Numbered from the stretch's first letter, positions 28,881 through 38,930 are shown. The stretch: DNA of 64,000 nucleotides from Ignavibacteriales bacterium (GCA_016214905.1 JACRMQ010000006.1:321008-385007); one strand, 5' to 3'. Program-made: numbers and translations. Notes: a model not told the origin generated them from the sequence alone.

Positions 28881-31424
28881 TTACATTTTGGTCGCGACAA
28901 CAAGGGGCGATTTCACATTCGAAAGTGTGCTACCAAAACTATCTAATGCTTCCAGGAGAACAATATAAATCCCAATGCGGACTCTATTTTTGTTGTCATT
29001 ATATCCGTTCCAGATGATATCTCCCCGCGAACCGCTTGGTTCATTTTCAGCGAGTGTCCGCACCAACCTTCCGGTCAAATCGTAAATTCTCACTCGAATC
29101 GTCGCTGTTGATGAATGTAATTCATAATGAATTATTGTTACATCCTCGTATCCATCACCGTCGGGTGAGAAAGGATTGGGAGTGAAAGAAATTGAACTGT
29201 TATCCGGGACAGTGACCGTAAATAAACTATTTTGAAATGAAGGCGATCCGCCTAAAGAGTTTGCGCTTGTACTCCAGTTTCTTCGATCGTGGCTTGAAAG
29301 ATTTGGATTGATTCTCTCTAACGATCTACCTTCAACATCTTCGATATCGGAGTTGTGCCACCAGGGGAAATAATGAACACTGTCGATTATTTCTCCGGTC
29401 AAATCTGAAAGAATAATTTCGTCACCGTCATTATTCAAGCTTAAGCATCCATCTTTAATAATCACGTTATAATTTGAATCTCGAAGATAAGAGAATCGAT
29501 TGTAGATCGATGAATCAAAAGCGATTACTAAAAATTCTCCGCTACCGATGACGAACGACGAATTACTAATGACATATTTGCTCGATGAATTTGTGTCTTT
29601 AAAATCTGTTAGTCTCCATTCAGAAAGATCAACGAGGTCGGTTCCGTTATTAAAAAGCTCAACATATTCAGCATCGCCGGTTTTCGGTTGGTACATGATT
29701 TCATTAATAGCGATGACGTTCTTTCCGAAGCGATTCTTTATCTCGAAAAAGATCGTATTATCAGTCAGTCTCATATCGAGAGGGTAATCGATAATGGATA
29801 TGAGAATCTTTTTACCGGGAGGTAGATTATTCCATGTAAAATCGATCGCCAAGGAATCTTTAAAAATCAATGGTGAAATTATTTGATGTGATGAGATTAG
29901 TTCTGAGGCATCGGCAATCGAATCGCCATTCGAATCGAAGTAAAGGGAGACGGAAAAATTCTGAGCTATTTGATGCCCGGCATTCCGAACAACGACTCTG
30001 ATTGTCGTCGTATCAATGGCGTACGCATTCACGATGCAAAGATCGTATTCTAAAGGAGTAAGATAGTTTTGAAGACCGGGAGTACTGCCAACTGAATCTT
30101 TCGATGATCCCCAATTTGTGGAATCAGTAGATCCAACCTCGGGTTCGATTCTCTCTAAAGAATTCCCTACTGAATCGTTCCAGGATGGGAAATAATAAAC
30201 GCTATCCATTATCGCCCCCCGGTCATCAAAAAGAACTACTGCATCACCCGTATTATTTAAAAAATATGTCGGTAACGAATTGATTTGCAAAGTTGTTGCA
30301 GAAATATCCGGATGAACTGCAGCGAATAAATTTAGGTCCTTCGTCAAAACGCAGTAAGCGTTCGGAGGGATCTGAATATTTTGATTCGTGATAAGATGTT
30401 TCGTTGATGAGTATCGGTTGCTGATCTTCCAACCATTCAAATCAACCGTATCCGAATAATTATTATACAACTCCACCCATTCCGGCCCAGGACTATCAGG
30501 AGCGAACATTATTTCATTCACTACGACGGAGGATGGTGGTATACCGACGGATAAAGTATATTTCTTAAGATTATTGGAAAGATTCTGATCTCCAGTTAGA
30601 ATCGCATTGATAAATATCCATTCTTTTCCAAACAAGGGTTGAATTAAGATGGCTTGAACTGCTGTTGTTTCAGCGGGTTGAAGTAATTTTTGGGTTGATG
30701 CCGATGAAAATACTTCATCTGGTTGAGGGAGCGAGTCGTGATTTTTATCTTCATAGAAATCGACCGAAATATTTTGCACCGGTTGTAAACCGGAATTTTT
30801 CAAAATTGCCTGAACGACTACGGAATCTCCAATAATCGGAAAAGTGGGAAAGATGTTTATGTAGTCAATAGATATATCCGTGTTGTATAACGCAGTTATC
30901 AGTACATCGTCAAAACGAATTGTACCGGATGTGCCGGTTCCATTGCCGATAACTCGCCATCGAAATTTTATATTGCTTTGATTATTTAGTGAAGGAGAGA
31001 GTCTAAATTTTCTAAGGACGTACGATGTTGTTCCGGGATTTTTCAATGTATCGCTAATCGGGATATCGAATGTTATTCCTCCGTTAGTGGATGCTTCGAT
31101 CAATAAACCGGAATTATGGCTGCTCGATCTTCGCTCGTAAAATTTTAGACTGTCGGCCTCTTTGTTTGAAAAATCGATCAAAGGCGAGATCAACGCTTGG
31201 CTTATGGTGGAGTTTGTGCTAATCGCCGCGTTTGAATCGGAATAAGGAGATGATTTTGTCGTTATGAAATCTCCTGTTACTGATTTATTCGTTGTTGTTG
31301 TCCATTGAATTGGCAGAACAGGCGGTGTAACAGAATCGAAATTTTGAAGATAAGGAAATTGACTGATTTGTCCTTTTAACTCAGAACAAAAAAGAGTTAG
31401 AAACAAAAATATAGAATATCGCAT
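28881..31424 (-). CDS. Secreted protein with two lamin-tail domains (LTD) and a type-B-like (CHU_C/FlgD-Ig-like) T9SS C-terminal domain
   Basis: 847 aa with signal peptide MRYSIFLFLTLFCSELKGQ. The LTD signatures are VVNEIMFAPDSPGPEWVELYNNYSDTVDLNGWKISN and INEIMYQPKTGDAEYVELFNNGTDLVDLSEWRLTD. The C-terminal FTPNPFSPDGDGYEDVTIIHYEL…IRIYDLTGRLVRTL is the gliding-motility-type C-terminal domain. Confidence 0.7.
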   Translation of the reverse strand: MRYSIFLFLTLFCSELKGQISQFPYLQNFDSVTPPVLPIQWTTTTNKSVTGDFITTKSSPYSDSNAAISTNSTISQALISPLIDFSNKEADSLKFYERRSSSHNSGLLIEASTNGGITFDIPISDTLKNPGTTSYVLRKFRLSPSLNNQSNIKFRWRVIGNGTGTSGTIRFDDVLITALYNTDISIDYINIFPTFPIIGDSVVVQAILKNSGLQPVQNISVDFYEDKNHDSLPQPDEVFSSASTQKLLQPAETTAVQAILIQPLFGKEWIFINAILTGDQNLSNNLKKYTLSVGIPPSSVVVNEIMFAPDSPGPEWVELYNNYSDTVDLNGWKISNRYSSTKHLITNQNIQIPPNAYCVLTKDLNLFAAVHPDISATTLQINSLPTYFLNNTGDAVVLFDDRGAIMDSVYYFPSWNDSVGNSLERIEPEVGSTDSTNWGSSKDSVGSTPGLQNYLTPLEYDLCIVNAYAIDTTTIRVVVRNAGHQIAQNFSVSLYFDSNGDSIADASELISSHQIISPLIFKDSLAIDFTWNNLPPGKKILISIIDYPLDMRLTDNTIFFEIKNRFGKNVIAINEIMYQPKTGDAEYVELFNNGTDLVDLSEWRLTDFKDTNSSSKYVISNSSFVIGSGEFLVIAFDSSIYNRFSYLRDSNYNVIIKDGCLSLNNDGDEIILSDLTGEIIDSVHYFPWWHNSDIEDVEGRSLERINPNLSSHDRRNWSTSANSLGGSPSFQNSLFTVTVPDNSSISFTPNPFSPDGDGYEDVTIIHYELHSSTATIRVRIYDLTGRLVRTLAENEPSGSRGDIIWNGYNDNKNRVRIGIYIVLLEALDSFGSTLSNVKSPLVVATKM

Positions 31425-31548
31425 ACTCTTCCATCGCTCCTAAGAAGTTTAACAATTTCTCGGCGCCGGGGAGACGGATATTTTGAAACGAATATATGCG
31501 GCTCGGTTAAGAGCCGCATTCAAATCTAAAAATTATTACGCTGTTGGT

Positions 31549-33567
31549 TTAATCTTCCTTCGCGCGCATTGAATCCCATACCATGTATATGAAGAGAAGT
31601 GCGAACATGATCAATCCAAGTATTTCACCATTTGCACTCTCTGCCCAATGAGCGAGGTACCAATTGGAAATTCCGAGATCAAGCTGGAATCTTTCAATGA
31701 GCATTTGATCCGAAAATCTCAAAAATGCATTAAACACACCAAACAGAGCGCCGCCTGCAATGAATCCGGAAGCGATGAGGGTTCCGCGCGAGAAGCGAGC
31801 GTTGTTAAGTTTTTCATTCTTGGATCGCGAAGTCACCCACCATGCTACAAGTCCGCCGAACACGAGCGGAACATTCAACTCTTGCGGAATGTACATTCCG
31901 AGTGCGAATGCAAGGGGTGGTATTTTTATCATCACTAAAATTAAAGCGATAATAGCACCTACAAGATACAATATCCATGGTGCCGGTGTTGCGGACATCA
32001 ACGGTTGTATCACAGCCGCCATTGCGTTTGCCTGTGGTGCAACCATCGCATTGGGACCAGTGAAGCCGTATGTTTTGTTCAATATCATTACAACTCCACC
32101 AACTGTTGCCGCTGAAACCAATACGCCTAAAAATTTCCAGGTTTCTTGTTTCTTTGGAGTTGAACCCAACCAGTAACCAATTTTCAGATCTGTAATAAAA
32201 CCACCTGCGACGGAAAGTGCTGTGCAAACAACACCGCCTATGATCAGTGCAGAAATCATTCCCGAGGTTCCTGATAGTCCAATTCTTACAAGAACGAACG
32301 ATGAAAGAATCAGCGTCATCAATGTCATACCGGAAACAGGATTGGTACCAACAATAGCTATTGCATTTGCTGCAACAGTTGTGAATAAGAATGAAATTAT
32401 AATTACTATCAATAATCCGACTAATGCATGTGTGAAGTTAAAAACCACACCGGCATAGAAGAAGACAAAAAGCATCAAAGCTGTTAATAAAATCATTATG
32501 ACGATGAAATTCATTCGCAAATCTGTTTGCCAGCGAATTGTTTCATCGCTGTCTCCGGATTTTTTATGCAAGATTTCATTATAAGCTAACTTGAATGCGC
32601 CGCCGATAATTTTTGAAGAGCGGAGAATCCCAACAATTCCTGCCATGGCAATTCCACCGATACCGATTTGTCGGACGTATGTTCTAAAAATTTCTTCAGC
32701 ACTCATATCGGCAATTAATTTTGTAGCGGTCGCTCCAAGAGGAGTGGTAAGATGCTGACCAATTTCATAGAAAAGTGGAATAAGAACGAACCATGATAAA
32801 AACGAACCGGCAGCGATGATTGCAGAGTATTTCAAACCGACAATGTATCCTAAACCAAACACCATTGCTGAAACATTCAGCTTTGCAACAACTTTTAATT
32901 TGTCGGCAACTACTTCTCCATAATGAAACATTCGCGAAGTGACAACTTCCGACCACCATCCGAACGCGCTGAAAGCAAAATCAAAAAAACCACCGAGTAA
33001 TCCTGCTACAACTAAAACACCGGCTTGTTTGCCGCCTTTTTCACCTGCAACTAATATTTCAGTTGTCGCGGTAGCTTCAGGAAACGGAAATTTTCCGTGC
33101 ATATCTTTTACAAAATATTTTCTGAATGGAATCAGGAACAAAATGCCGAGGAATCCACCGAGAGCAGATGCCATAAACATCTGCCAAAAGCTTGCATCGA
33201 GATTGAGGATGTACAATGCGGGAATTGTAAAGATAGCTCCGGCAACGATAACACCTGAACAAGCGCCGATTGATTGGATGATAACATTTTGTCCGAGGGC
33301 ATTCGGTTTTTTAAATGCAGCAGATAGTCCGACTGCTAAAATCGCGATTGGAATTGCCGCTTCAAAAACCTGTCCGATCTTTAAACCGGAATAAGCCGCG
33401 GCGGCTGAGAATAGGACTGCCATAACAAGTCCCCACCCAACAGACCATCCCGTAACTTCGGGGTATGGTTTTGCCGGATCCATAAGAGGGTAATACGCTT
33501 CTCCCTCTTTCAGTTCTTTATAAGCATTATCAGGAAGACCGCTAGTTGTATTGGTTTGATGTTCCAT
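31549..33567 (-). CDS. OPT-family oligopeptide transporter
   Basis: 672 aa, ~16 TM segments. The N-terminal YKELKEGEAYYPLMDPAKPYPEVTGWSV is typical of bacterial OPT transporters. Confidence 0.7.
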   Translation of the reverse strand: MEHQTNTTSGLPDNAYKELKEGEAYYPLMDPAKPYPEVTGWSVGWGLVMAVLFSAAAAYSGLKIGQVFEAAIPIAILAVGLSAAFKKPNALGQNVIIQSIGACSGVIVAGAIFTIPALYILNLDASFWQMFMASALGGFLGILFLIPFRKYFVKDMHGKFPFPEATATTEILVAGEKGGKQAGVLVVAGLLGGFFDFAFSAFGWWSEVVTSRMFHYGEVVADKLKVVAKLNVSAMVFGLGYIVGLKYSAIIAAGSFLSWFVLIPLFYEIGQHLTTPLGATATKLIADMSAEEIFRTYVRQIGIGGIAMAGIVGILRSSKIIGGAFKLAYNEILHKKSGDSDETIRWQTDLRMNFIVIMILLTALMLFVFFYAGVVFNFTHALVGLLIVIIISFLFTTVAANAIAIVGTNPVSGMTLMTLILSSFVLVRIGLSGTSGMISALIIGGVVCTALSVAGGFITDLKIGYWLGSTPKKQETWKFLGVLVSAATVGGVVMILNKTYGFTGPNAMVAPQANAMAAVIQPLMSATPAPWILYLVGAIIALILVMIKIPPLAFALGMYIPQELNVPLVFGGLVAWWVTSRSKNEKLNNARFSRGTLIASGFIAGGALFGVFNAFLRFSDQMLIERFQLDLGISNWYLAHWAESANGEILGLIMFALLFIYMVWDSMRAKED

Positions 33568-33657
33568 TAGATTCTCCTGTTGTGAATATTGTGTATATCG
33601 GCACTGTTTGCCCGATAATAATTATGTAGATGAAGTTAAAAAAAAATATTAAGCAAA

Positions 33658-34248
33658 TCAAATTCTTTTGCGTTTAATTGTATATCTGCTCTTAGGTTCT
33701 TCAACTATAAATCCAATTTGACGTTTTGGTTTTTCTGGCGGAGTCATCAATTGCCGAATTGCTTCAAAGACCGATTTAATTTGTATGTCGTGTGTTTCAA
33801 ACTTTCGCTCAAGTTCTTCGAGCTTATGTGCTAAGTCTTTGTGAGTTGCAAGGATCTGTCTTAACTTTACGAATGCCCTCATGATAGCAATGTTGACTTG
33901 GATAGCTCTTTCACTGTTTAAAACAGTCGAAAGCATCGCTACGCCTTGTTCAGTAAAAGCAAGTGGAAGATAACGTCTCCCACCGCTGCCAGATTTTGAG
34001 GTCGCAATTTGCGACCTCAAAAATATATATTCTTCTGGTGTAAGTTGGAACATAAAATCTTCGGGGAATCGACTAATGTTCCTTCTAACTTGTTCATTAA
34101 GCCGTTTAGTAGATACACCGTACAGCAACGCGAGGTGAGAATCTAACATTGCCTTTTGCCCACGGATCAAGAAGATTTGCTGTTCGATTCTTTCAATTGG
34201 TATCAGTGTTGTAGAACTCATTAGCTTCTCCTCCAGATACAATATCAA
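33658..34248 (-). CDS. ORF6N (KilA-N-related) domain protein
   Basis: 196 aa. IERIEQQIFLIRGQKAMLDSHLALLYGVSTKRLNEQVRRNISRFPEDFMFQLTPEE matches the ORF6N/antirepressor-type DNA-binding domain. A coiled-coil C-terminus follows. Confidence 0.6.
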   Translation of the reverse strand: MILYLEEKLMSSTTLIPIERIEQQIFLIRGQKAMLDSHLALLYGVSTKRLNEQVRRNISRFPEDFMFQLTPEEYIFLRSQIATSKSGSGGRRYLPLAFTEQGVAMLSTVLNSERAIQVNIAIMRAFVKLRQILATHKDLAHKLEELERKFETHDIQIKSVFEAIRQLMTPPEKPKRQIGFIVEEPKSRYTIKRKRI

Positions 34249-34288
34249 ATTTTTGTTATATCAACTTTGAACCAGATTTATCACCAGT

Positions 34289-35524
34289 TCATTTTTTACT
34301 CTTCTCTACCCACACCTGCACAAGGTTTACAACTGTTTCAATCGATTTCTCCATACCGTCAAGTGAAGCCCACTCGGTTTTGCCGTGGAAGTTTTTTCCT
34401 CCTGTGAAAATATTCGGACAGGGGAGGCCCATTGCTGTAAGCCGTGAGCCGTCTGTGCCACCGCGGATTGGAACCCATTTTGGTTCAAGCCCGGAGCGCT
34501 TTGTTGCTTCCCATAAATATTCAGTTACACGCGGGTCTTTATCAACACCTTCACGCATATTGCGATACGATTCTTTTATCTCCAACTCTATTCTGGTTTT
34601 AGGATGAAGTGGTTTCACTTCTTCGATTATCTTTTCTAATATCTTTTTCTGTTTATCCAATCCTTCGGTCTTAAAATCCCGGAATAGGAAATTGAGAGTT
34701 GTTTTTTCTTCTTCACCTTTTAAAATGTGCGGATGGATATATGGCTCGTAACCTTCAGTTGTTTCAGGTGCCATATCTTTCGGTGTTCGAATTATGATGT
34801 CTGCCATTGTTCTAATCGAATTCACCATAATATTTTTTGCAAAACCGGGATGTATGTTTCTTCCGTGCACGGTTATGGTCGCAGAGTTTGCGCTGAAGGT
34901 TTCCTTGTTTAATTCTCCGGCAGTGTCGCCATCAACTGTGTATGCGAAGTCAGCGCCGAAAGATTTTAAATCGAAAAATTTTGTCCCTGCTCCAATCTCT
35001 TCATCAGGTGTGAATCCAATTTTAATATCACCGTGAGGAATTTTGGGATTATTGAGGAGTTGCTGAACTGCCGTCATTATGATTGCAATACCTGCTTTGT
35101 TATCTGCACCCAGCAGAGTTGTACCATCAGATGTGATTATTGTTTTACCGATGCAATGTTTCAATTCAGGATTTTCAGCTTCAGTGATTACAATTGACTT
35201 GTCACCGGGCAATACAACATCTCCGCCTTGATACTTAATCACCTGTGGTTTTACATTTTCACCGCTTGCAGATGGTGATGTATCTACATGTGCGATGAAT
35301 CCGATAGCCGGAACTTTATGCGGTACATTTGAAGGCACTGTTCCCATAACATATCCGTATTTATCTATCCGTGCATCTTTCAGACCTAAAGTTTTCAATT
35401 CTTCAACAAGCAGATTTAAAAGATTTAGTTGTTTGGAAGTGCTCGGATACGATTCAGATTCTTCGCTGGATTGTGTATCTATCTTGACATATCGAAGAAA
35501 TTTATCGAGGACTGTTTCGTTCAT
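34289..35524 (-). CDS. pepT: Peptidase T (tripeptide aminopeptidase, M20B)
   Basis: 411 aa. The N-terminus LLDKFLRYVKIDTQS and M20 metal ligands (HVDT, GADNKAG, DEEIG) are present. Confidence 0.8.
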   Translation of the reverse strand: MNETVLDKFLRYVKIDTQSSEESESYPSTSKQLNLLNLLVEELKTLGLKDARIDKYGYVMGTVPSNVPHKVPAIGFIAHVDTSPSASGENVKPQVIKYQGGDVVLPGDKSIVITEAENPELKHCIGKTIITSDGTTLLGADNKAGIAIIMTAVQQLLNNPKIPHGDIKIGFTPDEEIGAGTKFFDLKSFGADFAYTVDGDTAGELNKETFSANSATITVHGRNIHPGFAKNIMVNSIRTMADIIIRTPKDMAPETTEGYEPYIHPHILKGEEEKTTLNFLFRDFKTEGLDKQKKILEKIIEEVKPLHPKTRIELEIKESYRNMREGVDKDPRVTEYLWEATKRSGLEPKWVPIRGGTDGSRLTAMGLPCPNIFTGGKNFHGKTEWASLDGMEKSIETVVNLVQVWVEKSKK

Positions 35525-35812
35525 AATATTATCTTTCTATAAATGTTGTCATCAAACAGGAATAATTAATGATTGGCATTTTATGAATTTTCAAAGTTAG
35601 AAGCAAATAGGATAAGATATCCATAATTGGAGATTGTTTTCCCGGATGATACATATCACTTCCGGTCCTTTAAGAAATAGGTATTTTAGTTCCAATTCAT
35701 TAACTTTGATGAAATTCAATACTTGTTTAGAGGATGGAATTTTTGTATTTTCATTCGATTTTATTGATTGGTTGCCCGATATTCGATTTATTTTTGATAC
35801 AAAAGAAAGTAT

Positions 35813-37027
35813 ATGATTAAAACAGATAAAAAAACGTCAAAATATATCATTATTTTTCACTTATTATTAGCTGTAAGTATTTATCAGCATCAGGCGATAG
35901 CTCAAGTTCCTACCGATTCATTGGCGATACTGGTTAATGAAGGTTACGCCATAATGCAAAGCAATCCCGATAGGGCAGAGCAGTTATTCGAACAGGCACT
36001 GACGATTTCACCTAATGATTTAGCATTACGCAGACAGCTTGGATATCTCTACAGCGATAATAATAAACCTGAGCGAGCGTTAAAAGAATTTGAAAAAGCG
36101 GAAGCCATACAATCATCCGATACTATTAAATTACAGATGGCATTTATCCAACTAACCAACGGCCATGAAGACAAAGCGGTAACAATCTTGCGTGAGCTAA
36201 CGGAGAGTCAAGATCTGTTTATTAAAAAGAGTGCTGATGAGCAGTTGGCTGCGATTACTTCTGCCTCTGTGACGGTAATTCCAGATGAACCAAGCAGATG
36301 GTATTCCCGTATTTATGCAGCACCTTTTTATGATACACGCTGGGAAACAATATTCTATAACTTCGATGCGGAGCGTGGATATTATTTCAATTCCAAGAGG
36401 ACAATTTTTGGTTACGGATTTTTATCTCTGGCGGCGGACGGAAAATCGAAGCTTGGCGAAGTACCCGAGATATTTTCCGATAACGCAATTGTGGGCGGAG
36501 TTGGTATAGGCGTAAAACCGTTAACAGGATTAGAATTAAGAACTCAATTAGGGATTGCATATGATATAATACAGCAGGATAGCGGAGTGTCGCGCTGGAG
36601 TGAAGATTTTAGGGTACTGGCAATATATGGAAATGGAATCTATCCGGATTTTGAATTTCATACCGATCCGAAAGTTACATTAGAACCGTTGTTAGATGTC
36701 TATTCATCGGTCGGTTATTATTCCCGTTATAAAAATGTCATCGGCTATCTTCAGGGTAGGGCCGGTGTGCGAATTTTTGAAATGTCTTATACTGCCGCCG
36801 ATTTATATTTAAGGTCTATGTATGTAAAAGATTCGGAACGGGAATTTTATAATAATCAAATAGATGCCGCGATCGGTTTACGTATTCTGCCGTTTTATAA
36901 ATGGGATTTATACGTGATGGCAGAATATTATCGGGGCACATATTTAGGGAATATTGCCCGTCCCTCAGATTTCTCAAAATATTTCGGCGGTTTTCGTCTC
37001 TTTATTATTTATGATCATATCTTTTAA
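35813..37027 (+). CDS. Outer-membrane protein: periplasmic TPR repeats + C-terminal beta-barrel (small PgaA/NfrA/BcsC-like exporter)
   Basis: 404 aa with a signal peptide. ~4 TPR repeats span roughly aa 40-160. The C-terminal 240 aa are rich in alternating aromatic/hydrophobic beta-strands and end in …FRLFIIYDHIF, the C-terminal Phe signature of OMP barrels. The downstream synthase begins 4 nt after this gene's stop. Confidence 0.55.
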   Translation: MIKTDKKTSKYIIIFHLLLAVSIYQHQAIAQVPTDSLAILVNEGYAIMQSNPDRAEQLFEQALTISPNDLALRRQLGYLYSDNNKPERALKEFEKAEAIQSSDTIKLQMAFIQLTNGHEDKAVTILRELTESQDLFIKKSADEQLAAITSASVTVIPDEPSRWYSRIYAAPFYDTRWETIFYNFDAERGYYFNSKRTIFGYGFLSLAADGKSKLGEVPEIFSDNAIVGGVGIGVKPLTGLELRTQLGIAYDIIQQDSGVSRWSEDFRVLAIYGNGIYPDFEFHTDPKVTLEPLLDVYSSVGYYSRYKNVIGYLQGRAGVRIFEMSYTAADLYLRSMYVKDSEREFYNNQIDAAIGLRILPFYKWDLYVMAEYYRGTYLGNIARPSDFSKYFGGFRLFIIYDHIF

Positions 37028-37030
37028 TAT

Positions 37031-38437
37031 ATGGGCGATTGGCTAGTACAAATATTCAGGTCGTCGTACGATTCTTTGTACATGGCAACATTTATTGTTG
37101 CCACATTCCTTTTCATCAGTGGTTTCGATGATATTTTTGTAGATCTATATTATTGGTTCCATCACTGGTTGATGAAAAAGAAATTCAATAAATTTCGGTA
37201 CGAAACCCCGGAAAAACTTTATCAATTAGAAGAAAAAACAATCGCGATCTTCGTGCCTGCATGGCACGAGCAAGATGTTATTGATAAAATGTTGTTGAAT
37301 GCATGCCGAACAATTCAATATAAGAATTACGATATTTTTGTGGGAGTTTATCCGAACGATCCCGGAACAATATCAAGAGTTGAATTGGTAAGCAAGCAAT
37401 ATCCGAATGTTCATGCGGTAGTGGCTGATAAACCTGGGCCAACAACAAAAGCGGATAATTTGAATGGTATTCATGCCGGAATGATAAAGTGGGAAAACAA
37501 AACCGGCGTAAGATATGATATCATTGTCATGCACGATTCTGAAGATGTCATTCATCCTCTATCATTGAAAATTCATAATGCGCTTATTCCGGAATATGAT
37601 ATGGTGCAGATGCCTGTATTTCCGCTGGATACTAGTCATTTGAATCTTGTTCACTGGACCTATGCCGATGAATTTGCAGAATACCATACCAAAGATTTAT
37701 TTGTTCGACAGCATTTCAGCGGATTTGTTCCCTCGGCCGGTGTTGGCACTGCATTCAATAGGTGGATTATCGAATTTGTTGGTACCTCGTTCGCGAAGAA
37801 CATTTTCCGTACGAGCGCTCTTACTGAAGATTATGATCTCGCGTTGCGACTCGCGCTTGGGCGGGCGAATCTTTTATTTACATATAAACCATTCGGTATC
37901 GATTGTGCTACCCGCGGATATTTCCCACATTCAATGAGCGCTTCAATAAGACAGAAAAGCAGGTGGATTACCGGTATATGCCTGCAATCATGGCAAACAA
38001 TCGGTTGGCGGGGAGATGCAAAATTCAGATTTGTTCTTTATCGTGATAGAAAAGCGGTAATTGCGAATATAATTAATTTCTTCGCTTACATTGTAATTCT
38101 ATATTTAATATCTTACGAAGCGATACGTTTAGGTTTTGCGGCATATCGACAACTGCCACCTATTGTTACTAAAGGAACAATATTGTGGGACCTTGTGGTC
38201 ATCGATAGTCTATTGATGATCTGGCGAATTATGCATCGGTTTGTTACTGTACGACGCGTATATGGAATCTGGGCGGCAATATTAAGTATTTTCAGATTGC
38301 CGATTTCAAATATTATTAATTTCAGCGCAACAGGCAGAGCGTTATATCAATTTACAAAAGCAGCCTTGAGGAAGAAAGAGCTTAAGTGGGAAAAGACAGC
38401 GCACCACTTCCCAACTGCGACAGAACATAGTTCTTAA
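37031..38437 (+). CDS. Processive family-2 glycosyltransferase (NfrB/PgaC/cellulose-synthase-like polysaccharide synthase)
   Basis: 468 aa. An N-terminal TM helix precedes a GT2 domain carrying the D, DxD-like (HDSEDV) and TED (LTEDYD) motifs and QxxRW (IRQKSRWITG). There are ≥3 C-terminal TM helices. Confidence 0.7.
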   Translation: MGDWLVQIFRSSYDSLYMATFIVATFLFISGFDDIFVDLYYWFHHWLMKKKFNKFRYETPEKLYQLEEKTIAIFVPAWHEQDVIDKMLLNACRTIQYKNYDIFVGVYPNDPGTISRVELVSKQYPNVHAVVADKPGPTTKADNLNGIHAGMIKWENKTGVRYDIIVMHDSEDVIHPLSLKIHNALIPEYDMVQMPVFPLDTSHLNLVHWTYADEFAEYHTKDLFVRQHFSGFVPSAGVGTAFNRWIIEFVGTSFAKNIFRTSALTEDYDLALRLALGRANLLFTYKPFGIDCATRGYFPHSMSASIRQKSRWITGICLQSWQTIGWRGDAKFRFVLYRDRKAVIANIINFFAYIVILYLISYEAIRLGFAAYRQLPPIVTKGTILWDLVVIDSLLMIWRIMHRFVTVRRVYGIWAAILSIFRLPISNIINFSATGRALYQFTKAALRKKELKWEKTAHHFPTATEHSS

Positions 38438-38454
38438 AACTAAAAAATGAATTA

Positions 38455-38844
38455 ATGAAAACAAACTTGAGGGATTTGATGGTCAAGAATTATTCTATCT
38501 TATATGTTGATGACGAAGATCAATTACGGTTTTTAGTGCAGAATCAATTAAGTCAGGAAGGTTTTAATGTCGACACCGCAGACGATGGTGATACGGCCTT
38601 AGATATGATGAAACAAAAGTCGTATGATGTTGTGTTACTAGATATCAGGATGCCGCGGTTGAACGGACTTGAAGTATTGAAGGAAATGAAAAAGCGGAAA
38701 ACGAACGCTCGGGCGATAATGCTTACAGGTGTGGATGATCTTGCCGTTGCCCTTGAAGCTGTTAAAAGCGGTGCGATTGATTATCTGACCAAACCTTACG
38801 AGTTGGATAATCTTATGAGATCGATTATGCGCGTTATTGGTTAG
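38455..38844 (+). CDS. Stand-alone response-regulator receiver (CheY-like REC) protein
   Basis: 129 aa. The acid pocket YVDDE, phospho-acceptor VLLDIRMP, T (MLTG) and K (YLTKP) are all present. There is no output domain. Confidence 0.8.
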   Translation: MKTNLRDLMVKNYSILYVDDEDQLRFLVQNQLSQEGFNVDTADDGDTALDMMKQKSYDVVLLDIRMPRLNGLEVLKEMKKRKTNARAIMLTGVDDLAVALEAVKSGAIDYLTKPYELDNLMRSIMRVIG

Positions 38845-38887
38845 AGTTAGAATTTGCAGATGCCGGACATTCAGGCGACAGCAAAAG

Positions 38888-38919
38888 TTTTGGAAAAGCT
38901 GTAGATAGTTAGTAATTTG
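38888..38919 (+). promoter_or_regulatory. Putative Bacteroidota-type promoter (-33 TTTG / -7 TAATTTG) for the SRP RNA
   Basis: TTTG at 38888-38891 and TAATTTG at 38913-38919 (~21 bp apart), with TAATTTG ending 11 nt before the predicted RNA 5' end at 38931. Confidence 0.3.
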
Positions 38920-38930
38920 ATTTAAGACTT

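Noticed and set aside
31499-31519. Hairpin GCGGCTC-ggttaa-GAGCCGC downstream of the OPT transporter gene
   Set aside because: On the coding (minus) strand it is not followed by a U-run. It may be a weak or Rho-assisted terminator, but the evidence is too thin to call.
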